From: a virus
Taxonomy: Duplodnaviria > Caudoviricetes
IMG/VR virus record: IMGVR_UViG_3300043694_000009
Coordinates: 1 to 27,442 of that record
Direction: 5' to 3' (one strand)
Length of the DNA: 27,442 bases
Position 1 is the first letter of the stretch, and each line of letters starts with the position of its first letter. The position numbers and the translations under genes are program-made. Below are positions 25,053 to 27,442 of the stretch, one piece after another. The notes beneath the pieces were generated by a model. It had not been told where the DNA came from. It saw nothing but the letters and a program-made list of their open reading frames with translations, and ran no database searches.

Positions 25053-25756
25053 ACGCTCACAATGTCACGCCCGACAAGGAAACCCGCGCTTATCACCTGA
25101 AACAGTGGAATGAGCCTTATCGTTCTACCGTCCACTTTTGCGATTTTATCGCTGATAAGCTTGATGCCGCCAAGAAAGTGGTTGACCTTGGCTGTGGTGC
25201 TGGCGCTCCAACTAATTTTCTTGCGAATCGCTACCCAAAAGTAAATTTCATCGGCTTGGACATTTCCAAGGAATTGATTAGTTGCACCAAATCAGGTCCC
25301 AATCTCGATTTCGAGGTGGATGACGCCGAAAACCTGTTAATCCGATTTGGCGTCGATGGCGTGGTGATGATGCAAACGCTGCACACCATGCCCGATCCGG
25401 CAATTCCGCTGCATCAGGTTGCCACAAGACTGCGCCCTGCCTGGATTGCGCTGTCGACGTTGATCTACGAGGGCAACATCAATTGCAAGATCGTGGTTTC
25501 GGAGCCAATGGTGCCGCGAATGCAGTATTACAACGTCTTTGGTCTACCGGGACTGTGCAAACAGATGTTGGCAGAAGGCTATGTCTGCACCAAACACCAG
25601 CCGTTTCAGATCGATGTCGATTTGCCCAAGCCTAACGATCTCGATGTGATGGGGACTTACACGCTCAACACGGAGAACGGACGTTTGCAATGCTCCGGGC
25701 CGCTCGTTCTGCCGTGGGGCTTTGTGATGTTTGAACGCCATGCCCACACTGACTGA
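25034..25756 (+). CDS. Class I SAM-dependent methyltransferase
   Basis: VVDLGCGAG, IGLDIS, DDAENL; overlaps both neighbours. Confidence 0.88.
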   Translation: MAQSSLNAHNVTPDKETRAYHLKQWNEPYRSTVHFCDFIADKLDAAKKVVDLGCGAGAPTNFLANRYPKVNFIGLDISKELISCTKSGPNLDFEVDDAENLLIRFGVDGVVMMQTLHTMPDPAIPLHQVATRLRPAWIALSTLIYEGNINCKIVVSEPMVPRMQYYNVFGLPGLCKQMLAEGYVCTKHQPFQIDVDLPKPNDLDVMGTYTLNTENGRLQCSGPLVLPWGFVMFERHAHTD

Positions 25757-26687
25757 TTATCAGACCGAAACGCTGGAATTACTGCGCGATCCGAATAACA
25801 CCTATTATTCGCAGTCGGACATCAACAATTACATCAACCGGGCGCGGCACCGCATTGCCACCAAGGGTCAATGCGTCCGGGTTTTGCTTTCTGGCGGCAC
25901 GATCACTGGAATCTCGATCAACTCACCGGGGTCAGGCTATGCGGGAACGCTCACAATCACGATTACTGGCGCGGGTCAGCAGGCGAAGGCAACAGGAACG
26001 ATTGTTGCAGGACAGGTTGCAACAGTCACGCTCACCAATGGCGGGTGGGGCTACATTACCGGCACGACTACCACCGTCACAGCGGTTGGCAGCGGTGGCG
26101 GCTCTAATGCGACCTTCACTCTTACAATCGATCAGTCGCTCACTACCGTCCCCGGACAAGAGGTTTATCCCTTCTCCTTGGCAACTGCGCTGGTTACGAA
26201 TCCGGGCTTTCTGTTCCCCGGCATTGAGGATGTTGTCGGGGTTCTCTCGGTGGCTTGTGCCTGGGGCGCGAATGCGGCGATGAAGCCGATGCTGCGGCCA
26301 AAGATTTGGAGCGAGTTCCAAGCCTATTTGCGTTCCTACAATACCGGGATGCAAACCTACCCTGCGGTGTGGTCGCAGTATGGGGCTGGTGTCGGCTCCA
26401 CTGGCGGCTCGATCTATGTGTGGCCGCTGCCATCGACAGCATCGCAGATGGATTGGGATTGCTGGTGTCGACCGGCTGTAATGGTGCAGGGCGGTAATGT
26501 GCCGGAAGCCATCCCCTACCAATGGACAACGGCTGTGGCGTTTTATGCGGCCTATCTGGCGTATTCCAATGCGCAGCGGGCTGAGGACGCCAAGAATATG
26601 TTTGACCAATACAATCAGAAAATGATCGAGGCGCAGGCAACTCTCACCGCGCCATTTGTCGATGATTATTATGAAAGCGATTTCTGA
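25740..26687 (+). CDS. Head-tail adaptor/tail tubular protein with inserted Thr/Gly-rich module
   Basis: N-terminal LLRDP...YS.SDINNYINRAR, C-terminal IYVWPLP and AVAFYAAYLAY; insertion containing INSPGSGY and LTNGGWGY. Confidence 0.75.
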   Translation: MPTLTDYQTETLELLRDPNNTYYSQSDINNYINRARHRIATKGQCVRVLLSGGTITGISINSPGSGYAGTLTITITGAGQQAKATGTIVAGQVATVTLTNGGWGYITGTTTTVTAVGSGGGSNATFTLTIDQSLTTVPGQEVYPFSLATALVTNPGFLFPGIEDVVGVLSVACAWGANAAMKPMLRPKIWSEFQAYLRSYNTGMQTYPAVWSQYGAGVGSTGGSIYVWPLPSTASQMDWDCWCRPAVMVQGGNVPEAIPYQWTTAVAFYAAYLAYSNAQRAEDAKNMFDQYNQKMIEAQATLTAPFVDDYYESDF

Positions 26688-27442
26688 TGGCTGTCGAGCC
26701 ACAACAATTTGCTGGCGGCGACAAGAAATTCTTTCATGTCGGGCCGACCGCAGGCATCAATACTGAGTCGCCCCGCCAATCCATCAAGGATGAGCAATTC
26801 GGCTGGCTGGAAAACCTGATGCCGGTTGCCGATGGCAACTACCGGGCGCTCTATTCCAACGGTGGGCCGGTTTACACGACAGGCGGCGGGCACACCATCA
26901 TCTATCACTACGAATACAACATCACCGGGCTACTCTCTTCGACTAATTATTCCGCTGTTTTTCTCGATGATGGCACTGCCTATCAGGTCAATCTCGATAC
27001 CAACGCAGTAACGACAATTTCCGCTATCGCTGGCACTTTTTACCCCGGCAATCCGGCGCTTGGCAGTCCACTGCCGCAGGCGGTGCAATACAGCCAGCAA
27101 GGCATCGTCATTGTTGCCACCCCGCCTAGCGGCAGCGGCTATTGGTTCTGGAACGGCAGCGTTTTGTATGGGGCCGGAACGCTTGCCCCCAATGTTGTTA
27201 TGACCAATGCCGGGTCAGGCTATTTCCAGCCGCCTTTGGTGACGGCGAGCGGCGGACACGGCACAGGCGCGACATTTTCAGCGCAGATCACGCCGGGTGG
27301 TCAGGTGAGCGGTGTGACCGTCACCAATCCCGGCTCAGGCTATACGCTTGGCGATGTGGTGACGCTGAGTTTTTCGGGCGGCAACACGGCTGGCAGCGGT
27401 GCGAACCTCACCGCCAATATGTCATTTAGCGGGACGGGATCA
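26687..27442 (+). CDS. Tail nozzle/DNA-stabilisation-type protein with Thr/Gly-rich modules (partial; absent from the ORF track)
   Basis: TGATG-coupled; manual translation MAVEPQQFAGGDKKFFHVGPTAGINTESPRQSIKDEQFGWLENLMP...MTNAGSGYFQPP...VTNPGSGYTLGD; open to the window end. Confidence 0.75.
   Translation, partial: MAVEPQQFAGGDKKFFHVGPTAGINTESPRQSIKDEQFGWLENLMPVADGNYRALYSNGGPVYTTGGGHTIIYHYEYNITGLLSSTNYSAVFLDDGTAYQVNLDTNAVTTISAIAGTFYPGNPALGSPLPQAVQYSQQGIVIVATPPSGSGYWFWNGSVLYGAGTLAPNVVMTNAGSGYFQPPLVTASGGHGTGATFSAQITPGGQVSGVTVTNPGSGYTLGDVVTLSFSGGNTAGSGANLTANMSFSGTGS

Noticed and set aside
25932-26702. 256-aa minus-strand ORF
   Set aside because: Antisense shadow of the adaptor gene with no recognisable motifs.
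1-27442. Integrase, reverse transcriptase (DGR/retron), transposase, intron or intein
   Set aside because: No matching motifs seen; terL, portal and capsid genes are uninterrupted and of ordinary size.

Overview
Segment of a tailed dsDNA phage with podovirus-like gene order; an alphaproteobacterial host is plausible but is an inference. The left part (1-11 kb) is mostly leftward. It holds a nonulosonic-acid (sialic/legionaminic/pseudaminic-type) biosynthesis cluster (NeuB-family synthase, cytidylyltransferase, DegT aminotransferase, PtmA-like SDR), a DNA adenine methyltransferase, Cro-like and DnaA-domain-IV-like regulators, a structured ORF-free region, an iteron-like repeat array and early genes with repeated leaders. 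The right part (11.2-27.4 kb) is rightward: resolvase, two TylF-like methyltransferases, an Acb2/Tad1-like protein, a secreted alpha/beta hydrolase, a HiPIP-like protein, terminase, portal, scaffold, capsid and tail genes. A Maf/DUF115-type protein and a SAM methyltransferase are inserted in the virion operon between Thr/Ser/Gly-rich structural genes. The leading hypothesis is a phage-encoded system that makes a CMP-nonulosonate and transfers it, flagellin-style, onto its own virion proteins. All product calls come from motif recognition by eye; no searches were run.
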